Origin: an uncultured Dehalococcoidales bacterium
Lineage (GTDB): Bacteria; Chloroflexota; UBA6077; FW602-bin22; JAMCYS01
Direction: 5' to 3'
NCBI GenBank assembly: GCA_964566935.1
Contig: CAZMKF010000011.1
Span: 1 to 46,120 of the forward strand
DNA length: 46,120 nucleotides
Part shown: piece after piece, positions 25,611-35,021 of the stretch
Numbering within the stretch: the stretch's first letter is position 1
Layout: each line of letters begins with the position of its first letter
The notes under the pieces: model-generated
What the model was told of the DNA's origin: nothing
Database searches by the model: none
What the model saw: only the letters and a program-made list of their open reading frames with translations
Position numbers and translations under genes: made by a program

Positions 25611-27043
25611 AATCGTCTCGTGAGACCGGCGAGTTCATCCCTAACCAGTAACCGAATCTCACGCCAATACGACGCTACTTGTCGCCTCGTCTGCGGCAGA
25701 ATCACCACCATCACAACCCCCAGTGTGGACAGTGGTCCAAGCTCATTCCAGAACAGCATCAGTGAGGCGGCCGCGCACCAGAAAGCGCCTAGCGCGAAAT
25801 CAGGTTTCCCAACTAACCGGCTAAAGTAGGAAAGAAGCAACACAAAGGCGAGCGTGGCAGTGAGTTCCCCAATCCCATATGAAATCAGGCCCAGGTGCGG
25901 CACCAGTATGAAAGTTGTTGCAGCGAACAGCAGTACGTGCACCAGATTGAACGTCGCTACTCTCCAATTATGCCGAAGTACGAAAAGGGCAGAAGCATAA
26001 ATGGAGAATACCGCATTCACCAGATAGCCGGTTGCCATCAAAGGATATATCTCCATCACCGGCAGCCAGATCTCGCCAAACAGAAGCTCTACTAGCCAGT
26101 CGCCAAGCACAGCGAAGACAATAAGCAGCGGGCCAAACAGCAGTACTTGAATGCGAGCCCCGTTAGCTGTGGATCTTATAAAGAGGTCCATGTCATGTTG
26201 CATGCGCGATAACGCGGGAATATACAATCGCCAGACTGCAGCCCTAATGAAGCCAAGCATGTCGAGTAGACGAACGCACAGGTATACCAAACCTGCCGCC
26301 TCAACCGAGACAAACCTCGTCACAATCAGGGGATTGACCAGCTGTTTTAACTGGTAGATCCAGTTGGCGGCAGAATAGCTGAAGCCGTAGCCAAGCATTG
26401 CCTGGATCTCGCTCCAATGCCAGCAGAATGATGGCCGGTAACGGGCGGCGCCAAAAAGTAACACCGTGTTGCCAAGTTGTCTCGCCAACCACCCCGCGAC
26501 CGGCGCCCAAGCACCCGCTTGGATGAGAGCCAAAGGGATGGCCACTGCATAGTAGACCAGAGTGCCGATGATCTCCAGTCCAGCGAGCACGCGGTAGTTG
26601 AGTTCGCGCTCAATTCTGGCCTGCGGCACTGCGCCTGCCAATACAATCGGCAGACACAGAAACATAGGTCCGGCAATCGACTCATATCCTGCAAGGTTCA
26701 TCCACATTCCGAGCGCCGGCAGACTGGCGATTCCCAGCGCCCCAAACAGCAGACCAAGTACTAAGAGCAGAGTGGAGGCCTGATGGTAGAGTGCTGCCTT
26801 CGGCTCCTCTTCATGTCGAATGAGGTAAGTGCCTACACCCCACTGTGCGATAGTGTGCAGGAAAGTGAACACCCCAAGCACTGCAGCATAGAGGCCGTAG
26901 TTGGCCGGCCCTATCAAGCGCGTAAGTAGAACCATGCCGGCGCCGCCGACGAAGACAGCAAAGCCCTGGCGCAGAATAAGAAAAGCAGCACCCTGTATTA
27001 TGCGCTGCGTCAGGCTGCGGGATGTCATGCGTTGGCTGGGCAA
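25607..27043 (-). CDS. wzx: Oligosaccharide flippase, MOP/Wzx family
   Basis: 478 aa, ~12-14 TM segments, with a polysaccharide-biosynthesis-protein N-terminus (IIQGAAFLILRQGFAVFVGGAGMVLLTRLIGPANYGLY). Overlaps wzy by 4 nt. Confidence 0.75.
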   Translation of the reverse strand: MPSQRMTSRSLTQRIIQGAAFLILRQGFAVFVGGAGMVLLTRLIGPANYGLYAAVLGVFTFLHTIAQWGVGTYLIRHEEEPKAALYHQASTLLLVLGLLFGALGIASLPALGMWMNLAGYESIAGPMFLCLPIVLAGAVPQARIERELNYRVLAGLEIIGTLVYYAVAIPLALIQAGAWAPVAGWLARQLGNTVLLFGAARYRPSFCWHWSEIQAMLGYGFSYSAANWIYQLKQLVNPLIVTRFVSVEAAGLVYLCVRLLDMLGFIRAAVWRLYIPALSRMQHDMDLFIRSTANGARIQVLLFGPLLIVFAVLGDWLVELLFGEIWLPVMEIYPLMATGYLVNAVFSIYASALFVLRHNWRVATFNLVHVLLFAATTFILVPHLGLISYGIGELTATLAFVLLLSYFSRLVGKPDFALGAFWCAAASLMLFWNELGPLSTLGVVMVVILPQTRRQVASYWREIRLLVRDELAGLTRRL

Positions 27044-27067
27044 CTGCGATACAACCTGATGAGGTAC

Positions 27068-27850
27068 TCAGCCATCATCCGATAGCGAGTATCGTTTGAG
27101 CCCGAGCAGCTGCAGGGCGGTCAAGCCGACAAAAACGGGGACGGTAATAATATACCGTCGCCACAATCGTCGTGGTTCCTGTGACAAACGAAAAACCCAC
27201 TCTAAGCCGCTCCACATCATCCATCGCGGCGCTTGCTTTTTACGACCAGAGTGAAAATCAAAGGCAGCGCCGACTCCGATCAGGACTGAGGCACTGAGGC
27301 GGTCCAAGTGCTCTGCCATCCAGAGATTCTGCTTAGCCCCGCCCAAACCAACCCAAACGATATCGGCGCCCGATCTGTTGATTGCGTTTACGACCTCGCT
27401 GTCTTCGTCAGCACTCAACTCCCGATACGGCGGAGCGAAAGCACCTGCAATGCGCAGTCGAGGATAGCGCAATCTCAACTTCTCAACCAGCGCATTAACA
27501 ACCTCTGAGCTGCCGCCATAGAAGTAATGGCTGTTGTCGCCAACGCCGGAGGTGCGCTCGCACAACGCCAATACCAGATCCGGGCCATATACTCGACTGA
27601 CTTGCCTCTCCCCATGCAACCGGGCCAACCACACCAACGGCATGCCATCTGGGGTGGCCATTCCACTACCGTTGATCGCTCTGCGTAGATTGAGATCACG
27701 CTGGCACTGGACTACCTCACTGGCAGCAACAACGGAAACGTAATGCTTCTCACCGCGCCGGAGCCAGCCCTCAATCACTTCCAATGCCATTGTCATGTTG
27801 ATGGCACTGATGCCGACTCCCAGGACGTTAACCCTCTTAAGGTCCGGCAT
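27068..27850 (-). CDS. WecB/TagA/CpsF family glycosyltransferase (GT26)
   Basis: VNVLGVGISAINMTMALEVIEGW, TPDGMPLVWLARL, YFYGG and SGADIVWVGLGGAKQNLWM. The start was set at the ATG that overlaps the fcl stop (TAATG). Confidence 0.85.
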   Translation of the reverse strand: MPDLKRVNVLGVGISAINMTMALEVIEGWLRRGEKHYVSVVAASEVVQCQRDLNLRRAINGSGMATPDGMPLVWLARLHGERQVSRVYGPDLVLALCERTSGVGDNSHYFYGGSSEVVNALVEKLRLRYPRLRIAGAFAPPYRELSADEDSEVVNAINRSGADIVWVGLGGAKQNLWMAEHLDRLSASVLIGVGAAFDFHSGRKKQAPRWMMWSGLEWVFRLSQEPRRLWRRYIITVPVFVGLTALQLLGLKRYSLSDDG

Positions 27851-28881
27851 TACGGTTCGGTAGGAGAACCCTGCGGTCGGTGCTGCAGATACCATTCAAC
27901 AGTGCGCACCATGCCTTCCCGGAGCGGCGTGGTAGCTCTAAAGCCGAACCCACGTTCCGCGCGACTGGTGTCAAGACATCGGCGCGGTTGACCATCGGGT
28001 TTGCTGGCATCCCACGCTATCTCTCCTGAGAAGCCAACAATACCAGCAATTAAACCGACCAGGCTCCTGATGCTAACCTCTTGACCGGAGCCGATGTTAA
28101 CCGGCTCCGGCTTATCATAGAGCTCAAGTGCGGAGACAATAGCGCACGCCGCATCCTCAACGTACAGAAACTCCCGCGAAGCCGTACCAGTGCCCCAAAC
28201 CGAGACGCTTGCAGCTCCCTGCTCTTTTGCCTCGACCATCTTCTTGATCAGAGCAGGAACCACGTGTGAACGACGAGGATCAAAACTGTCTCGCGGGCCA
28301 TAGAGGTTGGTTGGTAGCAGGAAGATCGAATTAAAGCCAAATTGCCGCCTGTAAGCGTCACCTTGCACCAGCAGCATCTTCTTGGCTAGCCCGTAGGGGG
28401 CGTTATTATCCTCAGGGTATCCGTTCCAAAGATCTTCCTCTCGAAACGGCACCGGCGTATGCTTCGGATAGGCGCAAACCGTACCTATCGATACGTACTT
28501 CTCGACTCCCCGCTGCCGGGCAACCTCCATGGTATGGACACCCATCAAGAGATTGTCGCGGAAAAACTCGCCCGGTTTCTCCTGGTTAATGCCGATGCCA
28601 CCCACTCGGGCCGCCAGGTGGATTACCGCCTCTGGTCGAGAATCGTCGAATGCTCGCAGGACATCAGGAAGTTTGGTGAGATCGTAATCACGACTGCGGG
28701 GTACAAAAACATCCTGATAGCCGCGCCTTGCCAGTTCATATACAACATGAGAACCCAAAAAACCTGCGCCCCCCGAAACTAACAGTCGACGCTTGGGCGC
28801 TTCACCAGCAATCGTCTTCATGGAACCATTTGTCATTGCCGTACGCTCCGCCATACAGATCCATCCAGGCTCAGCGCTCAT
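27850..28881 (-). CDS. fcl: GDP-L-fucose synthase (GDP-4-keto-6-deoxy-D-mannose 3,5-epimerase/4-reductase)
   Basis: LLVSGGAGFLGSHV, VIHLAARVGGIGIN, SIGTVCAYPKHTPVPFREEDLWNGYPEDNNAPYGLAKKM, LPTNLYGPRDSFD and VWGTGTASREFLYVEDAA. The start codon is uncertain because several in-frame Met codons are present. Confidence 0.85.
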   Translation of the reverse strand: MSAEPGWICMAERTAMTNGSMKTIAGEAPKRRLLVSGGAGFLGSHVVYELARRGYQDVFVPRSRDYDLTKLPDVLRAFDDSRPEAVIHLAARVGGIGINQEKPGEFFRDNLLMGVHTMEVARQRGVEKYVSIGTVCAYPKHTPVPFREEDLWNGYPEDNNAPYGLAKKMLLVQGDAYRRQFGFNSIFLLPTNLYGPRDSFDPRRSHVVPALIKKMVEAKEQGAASVSVWGTGTASREFLYVEDAACAIVSALELYDKPEPVNIGSGQEVSIRSLVGLIAGIVGFSGEIAWDASKPDGQPRRCLDTSRAERGFGFRATTPLREGMVRTVEWYLQHRPQGSPTEP

Positions 28882-28892
28882 GCGTATGGGCC

Positions 28893-30176
28893 CTAATCGG
28901 AGGCGGTTCCTTTCTCACGTGGAGCCATTTCTGCAACTGGCGCCCCGCGATTTAGCTTATACTCCACCCAGAATGAATACATGATGCCGAGCAGCATTCC
29001 GACTACGGTGCCAGCTGCGGCCAAGACTACTCGACCGCTCTGCATCGGTTCCTCAACCACCTGGGCCTCTATGGCACTCCTGATCACGTAGTTTCCACTC
29101 ACATCAGAGATCTGTGCCTTCTCAACCTCACGCTGCAACGTACGATATGTCTCAATCGCCAAGTCACGATCTGTCGTTAAGCTGAGTTCGGTCTCACTGC
29201 TTTGTTGAACCAGCCCTCTCAACTCCTGCGCCTGTGGGCTGAGTTCAGCGATGCGCCGTTTAGCCGTGTCCTCTTTTTGCTTCACGCTCGTCCTTAACCG
29301 ATGCGTGGCTTCGCGCAGTTCCTTGTATGTACGAGGCGGATTGTTGCTTCCACCGAGCTCCAGCCTAGTGGCTTCTCCCAAACCAGTCCGGTAAGCTTCC
29401 AACTCAAGCATCATGCTGGCGAGCTCGTCGCTCGGTATCACGTTTGCATTATCTGGGATACCGCCTATCTGCACGATAAAACGATCGACTTTCTCCAGGA
29501 GGCGTTGGGCGCCATCTCTCTCTGACATGTAGTACTCAAGGTTGGCTTGAACACTTGAAGACCGCAGCCTGAGCGAGGTCACGTCACCACGCCCAGCGAA
29601 TTCCGCTAGAGCGGCTGATGCCGTATCAACTCTCTCCCGAGCCTTGGCAAGTTCTGCCTCCAAATGACGTATCTCCGCCTCTCCGTAACCATAGATACTC
29701 CTGGCTTGATCTACGAGAACCTGCGCCCAACTATTAGCCATGTCAGCTACTGCCTTGGCATCAAACCCCTGCACTTGTAGCTTGACCAATGTTGCATCAG
29801 TCGATGGCTTGGCAATCACGTATTTACGCAATTCCTCAAGCGTCTGAAATCCCCATTCTCGTTCCCTCTGCTTATCCAATACCCGCATCAAAACCTGGTC
29901 GCTGTCGGCTAGAGCAATCAGAGACCGCGAGACTGCCCCCATATCGCCGAAGTCCTGCTCCTTTTCGATCTCACGGCGCAGGTCGAAGTTCAATTGGTAC
30001 GGTGAGCGCGATACGGAGACCATGGCCGATGCCTGGTAAGTACGCGGCAGAAGAAAAGTGACTAACAGGCTGACAATACCGGCTACAACGCCGAAAACGA
30101 CGATGAGCTTCCAATGCCGGATCAAAGCACGCAACTGGCGGAGAATGTCAATATCAGCGTCAGGATGCCTGGTCAT
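28893..30176 (-). CDS. wzz: Polysaccharide co-polymerase / chain-length determinant (Wzz/GumC-like), no kinase domain
   Basis: N-terminal Wzz motif and TM (WKLIVVFGVVAGIVSLLVTFLLPRTYQA), a long coiled-coil periplasmic region, and a C-terminal TM (VVLAAAGTVVGMLLGIMYSFW). Confidence 0.75.
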   Translation of the reverse strand: MTRHPDADIDILRQLRALIRHWKLIVVFGVVAGIVSLLVTFLLPRTYQASAMVSVSRSPYQLNFDLRREIEKEQDFGDMGAVSRSLIALADSDQVLMRVLDKQREREWGFQTLEELRKYVIAKPSTDATLVKLQVQGFDAKAVADMANSWAQVLVDQARSIYGYGEAEIRHLEAELAKARERVDTASAALAEFAGRGDVTSLRLRSSSVQANLEYYMSERDGAQRLLEKVDRFIVQIGGIPDNANVIPSDELASMMLELEAYRTGLGEATRLELGGSNNPPRTYKELREATHRLRTSVKQKEDTAKRRIAELSPQAQELRGLVQQSSETELSLTTDRDLAIETYRTLQREVEKAQISDVSGNYVIRSAIEAQVVEEPMQSGRVVLAAAGTVVGMLLGIMYSFWVEYKLNRGAPVAEMAPREKGTASD

Positions 30177-30608
30177 ACAGTTCTGTTATCCGCCTCCGAA
30201 ATAAGTAGAATAGCGGGCTGGATTTCGCACGGCACCCGGAACGACGACAACCCTGTTCGTACCGTAGAAGCTCTTGTCGGACCTCACCGGCGTATTCTAA
30301 CATAGGAATTCCCACGAGGACGGAGTACCACCAGTTTGACATTCCCCCGCCGGTACGAAGATATCTTTCAAGGTCGTTTGCGTTTGCTTTCGGCCTGCAT
30401 ACACCCCCTTTCGGCTTCGCAGCTGTGTATGTGCGTGGTGAACAACGGCGCCACAGACAGCATTCTGGCGAAATCAGATGCAACAATGGAGCAACCACGT
30501 CGCACCTCACTGTTGTTCACAACCTATGGTCAGGCAAAGCTGTAGACTGTCGATGCATTCGGCGCAGGGATCTAGCACTCCCAGTAACATATCCTACGAA
30601 AGGGAATC

Positions 30609-31472
30609 ATGATGAGAGTTGCCACGATAATGACTTGCCACAACCGCAGAGCAAAAACGATACAGTGCCTGGAGAGCCTAGAGAACCAGCTCTATCCCTC
30701 GCATACCGTCAATACCGTATATCTGACTGACGATGGCAGCAGTGATGGCACTGTTGAAGTGATATATGAGAGATTTCCCCAAACGCGATTAATGCACGGC
30801 AACGGCTCACTCTACTGGAATGGTGGCATGAGGGTGTCTTTCGCCGCAGCGATGGCTGATGACCATGACTACTATCTTTGGCTCAATGATGACGTCATCC
30901 TGAATGAGAACGCTGTCACGCACCTCTTGGCCACTCACCAAACACTGAGTTCTCGAGGCAAAGACCTGATCATCGTCATTGGATCCATGAAGGATCCAGT
31001 TTCTGGTAAGCTCACTTACGGGGGGGTCAACCGGTCTTGTCGCTGGCACCCACTCCGCTTCAGGCTGGTAAGCTCAAGCATCGATGCGCGGCAATGCGAC
31101 ACGATGAACGGCAACTGCGTACTTATTCCCCGATCAGTAGCGAACCTGACTGGTAATCTGGATGAGGGATTCATCCATCTGCATGGCGACTACGATTATG
31201 GGCTGCGCACAGTGCAACTCGGCGGTGAGGTCTGGATTGCACCAGGATTCGCGGGTACATGTGCGCGTAACACTGTCACGGGCACCTGGCGCGACGGTTC
31301 TCTCTCTCGGCGGGAACGGTGGAGACATATCTTGAGTCCAAAAGGCCTGCCTCCCACAGAGTGGCTGCGGTTCTTGCGCCGGCACGCGGGTCCAACTTGG
31401 CCGATCTTCTGGGTTCAACCTTACTTACGCTGCCTGTTTGGCGGTCCACTGCTGCGCATACACGAATCCTGA
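30609..31472 (+). CDS. Glycosyltransferase family 2
   Basis: VATIMTCHNRRAKTIQCLESL, the DxD-type TDDGSSDGT, and YYLWLNDDV. Confidence 0.8.
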   Translation: MMRVATIMTCHNRRAKTIQCLESLENQLYPSHTVNTVYLTDDGSSDGTVEVIYERFPQTRLMHGNGSLYWNGGMRVSFAAAMADDHDYYLWLNDDVILNENAVTHLLATHQTLSSRGKDLIIVIGSMKDPVSGKLTYGGVNRSCRWHPLRFRLVSSSIDARQCDTMNGNCVLIPRSVANLTGNLDEGFIHLHGDYDYGLRTVQLGGEVWIAPGFAGTCARNTVTGTWRDGSLSRRERWRHILSPKGLPPTEWLRFLRRHAGPTWPIFWVQPYLRCLFGGPLLRIHES

Positions 31473-31689
31473 GTTCTGGATGCGAGCTTCGCGGGCCTAA
31501 TAGGGAGCGCATTGGGACAGCAGAAGCATCCTACAACCTCACCACAAATGACAACAACGTACTGTAGGGGATTCATGGTAAACCGCTACGTATTGCTGCG
31601 GAGTCCATCACACGATGTCCATTCACTTGGTTAGCTACCGCAATAGCGCGTTGCCTACGGCTACTGCACACGCATATACTTAGCAGGCT

Positions 31690-33099
31690 ATGTACGAATT
31701 GCTCAAGCTTGTATGGACAAGGGGGAGGGACAGCGTCAAAGCACCGCTGACGGTGCTCTTGCTCGGCGCGCTCTTCTGGGCGATTATCGCACCAACCACC
31801 AGCGCGCAGGGAACCTTCCGCGCTTTCTTGCCGCTGATAATGCAGTCCCATGACGGTGTAGTCGTTCCATTTGGCATTGAAGCCACAGGTCTTACACCCG
31901 CCACCGCACCTACTATAGCGGCCCGGCTGAAGGATACCGGAACCACTTGGACACGCTTCAATGCGGTCAAATGGAGTGTAGTAGAACCAACACGCGGCGC
32001 GACGTATGATTGGCAGGATTACGATCAGACCCTGGCTGTGCTGGGAGATTCTGGCCTCCGTACAGTGCTGGTGATTTCCACCAGCCCGGATTGGGCCTCG
32101 GTTGATCATGTGAATCTGCCCTCAGGCCCCATCAAGGCCGACTGCTTGCCTGATTTCGCGCGTTTTGTTCAGGCTGCCGTCAGTCGCTACTCGGCTGCAC
32201 CTTACAACATCACCCATTTTGAGTTCTTCAATGAGCCCGACGGCACGAGTGCCGCCTCCATATATAGCGGCATCATCGGCACCTGGGGCGATTACGGCGC
32301 CGAGTACGCGAACATGCTGGAGACCGTTTATCCCGCTGTAAAGGCCGCCAACCCCTCAGCGAGCGTGGTTTTTGGGGGACTGGCGTACAGCGGCTTCGTC
32401 CCCGACGGCCCGTTCAACCGTTCGTTTTTGGATGATGTGCTAAACGCGGGCGGCGGTCAGTACTTCGACGTCTTCAACTTCCATTACTATGCCATCCAGA
32501 CAACTCAGTGGGATGCCGACGGCATCGACATCATCGGCAAGACCAGATACCTGCGAGAGAAACTAAGGAACTACGGTCTCAGCGACAAACCGATGATCTG
32601 CACCGAACTCGGCACTTTCGGTACGCCCGGCGACGCTGCACAACTGGAAACCCAGGCTCAGTACGTGGCGAAGGTCCATGCGCGCGGCATGGCAGCGGAC
32701 CTGAAGATAATGCATTGGTACTCACTGTACAGGGGTACCGATCATACTGGCCTGATCGAGAACGACGTCGCCAAACCAGCGTACCAGGCGTATCAAGTGA
32801 TGACATCGCAGCTGGCAAATGCCAGATTCGTTCGCAAACTGCCTGCCGAGGAAATGAGTCTTACGGGGCCCGGGGCAACGGTATTTGAGGGCTACGCATT
32901 CCGCAACGTGGACGGTCGTAGTGAAACCTGGCTGGCGTGGCTGAATGGGAACCTTACAGCAACTCTCTCGCTAACTTCTCCACGGGGTGTGACTGTGATG
33001 GACAAGATGGGCGCCACACAGACTATCTCTGCTGATAGTACGGGTACGGTTACCATCAGTGTTGGCGAATCGCCGATATTCATCGTTGTCCCTCACTGA
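31690..33099 (+). CDS. Secreted glycoside hydrolase, clan GH-A (TIM barrel; GH5/GH39-like)
   Basis: Signal peptide ending AQG. Has the acid/base motif FEFFNEPD and a candidate nucleophile motif ICTELG. Sits within a polysaccharide locus. Confidence 0.6.
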   Translation: MYELLKLVWTRGRDSVKAPLTVLLLGALFWAIIAPTTSAQGTFRAFLPLIMQSHDGVVVPFGIEATGLTPATAPTIAARLKDTGTTWTRFNAVKWSVVEPTRGATYDWQDYDQTLAVLGDSGLRTVLVISTSPDWASVDHVNLPSGPIKADCLPDFARFVQAAVSRYSAAPYNITHFEFFNEPDGTSAASIYSGIIGTWGDYGAEYANMLETVYPAVKAANPSASVVFGGLAYSGFVPDGPFNRSFLDDVLNAGGGQYFDVFNFHYYAIQTTQWDADGIDIIGKTRYLREKLRNYGLSDKPMICTELGTFGTPGDAAQLETQAQYVAKVHARGMAADLKIMHWYSLYRGTDHTGLIENDVAKPAYQAYQVMTSQLANARFVRKLPAEEMSLTGPGATVFEGYAFRNVDGRSETWLAWLNGNLTATLSLTSPRGVTVMDKMGATQTISADSTGTVTISVGESPIFIVVPH

Positions 33100-33437
33100 C
33101 TAAGCGGCGCGAGAAGCTAGCGCGTCCGCTGTGGAGATGACATGTCACGCACCCTGACCGAAGGCGCAGAATCACTGAGGCCCACTGATCAGATCAATCG
33201 GGAACCGGCACCACTACCGGCACCACTACCACGGTCCGTAAGCGGTGCCACCTTCGTCATCCTGGTTCTCCTGTCGTGCGTGGCCTCAGTGATCTTCTGT
33301 ATAGGCCGTTCGACCGGACCAAGCGTACGTGTCTACGAGTTGAGCGGTTCCTAATTGCGTCGCGATACTGAACGCGACCCGCGACGGTTTACTGCTCTGT
33401 GTAACAGAGGCAAAGCCTAGATTATGCGTATAAGGGA

Positions 33438-34703
33438 ATGATTGTGCGTCAATCGCGTTTGCTTGTTGGCGTGATTCTCATCTTGTTCGTATACAGCCTG
33501 CTGGTTGTGGTCAGAAACTTCGCCTATGCCACGAGCCCGGGACAAGGCATAGACTTCTACTCCTATTGGATGCCCCTGCAGGCGGTAAGAGAAGGTGTCA
33601 ATCCGTACATTCCGAACTTGTCAGACATTATCTATCCTAGCTTCTACCTGGACGGAGAGATGGACCATCTAGGTCTTCGCGCGCAGTTCGACAAACCTGT
33701 GCCAGCCAACTCACCGCTTATGTTATGCCTGCTGTACCCACTCGGGTTTTTCACATTTGAGGTTGCCAGGTTTCTCTGGATGGTGGTGAACTACCTACTC
33801 ACAGTGGGCTCAGTATTCGTGCTGCTCAGGCTGTTTGAGCATATGGCATGTGAAGTGGGGCGGCGAAACGGCCTCATCCTGCTGCTCGTCGCTCTAAGCA
33901 TGCTGGCCGTTCGAACCGCAAACGGCAATGGTCAGACCACACTCCTGATCGTATTCGCCCTTTTCTCAAGTTGCTTTCTGCACCGGCATCAGAAGGATTT
34001 GTCGGCGGGATTGTTACTTGGAATTGCGCTCTCTAAATACACGTTAGCGATAGGACCGGTTGCCTACTTTCTGTATAAGAAGAAGTGGTCAACTCTGATG
34101 GTGGCGATCGCTACTCAGGTTTTCGGCGTTGTTGCGGTCGCGTTGCTTTCTCAGACGAATCCCGTCGGGCTGGCAATCGATTACGTTCGCCTGGTTTCCA
34201 TCTCAGGCTTCACCTCAATGCCGGGTATCCACCTCGCCCACTACTTACCCTTCAGCCAGGCTGTAGTGGCGGCCGGGGTCACCATACTGTTTGCCGTGGC
34301 GCTCTTCTTAATCCACCGAAGACACGGTGCATCTGACAGCGCCTCTGTAGATACGTTAGTGTTTGCGCTGTCGATCAACTGGTCTATTCTGGCCGTATAC
34401 CATCGCTATTACGACGCCACGATTCTCCTCTTCGGTGTGGCACTTATGATGGCGATGGTCGCCAATCCGCAGTGCTGGAACCTCACACCCAAACAGCGCA
34501 ATACGATACTTGGCCTTCTGGTTGTCAGTACGACACTATTGATGCTACCAGGCGAGACAATCCAGCGACTTCTTCCGGGCGGATTGTACGCGATGATCAA
34601 GTCGCTGCCTGACGTTGCCGCCACAACCATTGTCATCGTCTGGTCCGTGGCGTTTTGGCTAGTGAGCGAACAGCTTGCCGCTCCGTCAAAACGCAGCCTC
34701 TGA
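33438..34703 (+). CDS. Polytopic membrane protein, GT-C-fold glycosyltransferase-like (GT87/DUF2029-like)
   Basis: 421 aa with ~10 TM segments and no soluble domain. The central GIALSKYTLAIGPVAYFLYKKKW pattern resembles DUF2029 proteins. Family assignment is from memory only. Confidence 0.45.
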   Translation: MIVRQSRLLVGVILILFVYSLLVVVRNFAYATSPGQGIDFYSYWMPLQAVREGVNPYIPNLSDIIYPSFYLDGEMDHLGLRAQFDKPVPANSPLMLCLLYPLGFFTFEVARFLWMVVNYLLTVGSVFVLLRLFEHMACEVGRRNGLILLLVALSMLAVRTANGNGQTTLLIVFALFSSCFLHRHQKDLSAGLLLGIALSKYTLAIGPVAYFLYKKKWSTLMVAIATQVFGVVAVALLSQTNPVGLAIDYVRLVSISGFTSMPGIHLAHYLPFSQAVVAAGVTILFAVALFLIHRRHGASDSASVDTLVFALSINWSILAVYHRYYDATILLFGVALMMAMVANPQCWNLTPKQRNTILGLLVVSTTLLMLPGETIQRLLPGGLYAMIKSLPDVAATTIVIVWSVAFWLVSEQLAAPSKRSL

Positions 34704-34749
34704 GCTCTTTCCGCAACCGCCGCTGAGGAAGAAGTAACCGGTTATGTAG

Positions 34750-34900
34750 TTGGAAGGTCTGGAAGAAGAAGGAGCCCTGGTATCTTTCATTTACCCAGAG
34801 ACACTCAGACAAGGGAGGGGCATCGGAATTCAGCCAACAATGATTGCGTCCGGCGGCCAGTGGTTTTTGCAGAACTTGACACGCGCAACTTCGCGAAGTG
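34750..34900 (+). mobile_element. Probable degenerate IS256-like 3' end remnant (no intact transposase)
   Basis: Contains the same 16-nt core TTTTGCAGAACTTGAC (34865-34880) as 15152-15167. A palindrome lies at the same +8 offset (ACTTCGCGAAGT, 34888-34899). The upstream frame reads LEGLEEE...ETL, weakly resembling the MDLLEEH...ETL tail of the IS256 fragment at 15061-15119. Confidence 0.4.
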
Positions 34901-34968
34901 GGCCAACCATAAGCGTATGCGGGCTCGCGTGACCTTCAATACGAAAGTGACGCTCTCGATTCAGATGA

Positions 34969-34992
34969 CATCGCCCGATAATCCGGGCGATG
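34969..34992 (-). terminator. Hairpin downstream of the ECF operon (no U tract)
   Basis: CATCGCCCG (34969-34977) pairs with CGGGCGATG (34984-34992), leaving a 6-nt loop. It lies 30 nt after the stop at 35022. There is no T run, so it is not a canonical intrinsic terminator. Confidence 0.3.
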
Positions 34993-35021
34993 CAGCGCAA
35001 GCGATAGCGCTGATCAGCTGC

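Noticed and set aside
30160-30510. 116-aa minus-strand ORF and overlapping plus-strand ORFs in the wzz/GT2 intergenic region
   Set aside because: The translations are Cys/Arg-rich with no motifs and overlap each other. The region is more plausibly regulatory.
33142-33354. 70-aa ORF with one hydrophobic segment between the hydrolase and the GT87-like gene
   Set aside because: It could be a small membrane protein. However, it has no recognisable RBS or motif, and its composition is unremarkable. Support is insufficient to call it.
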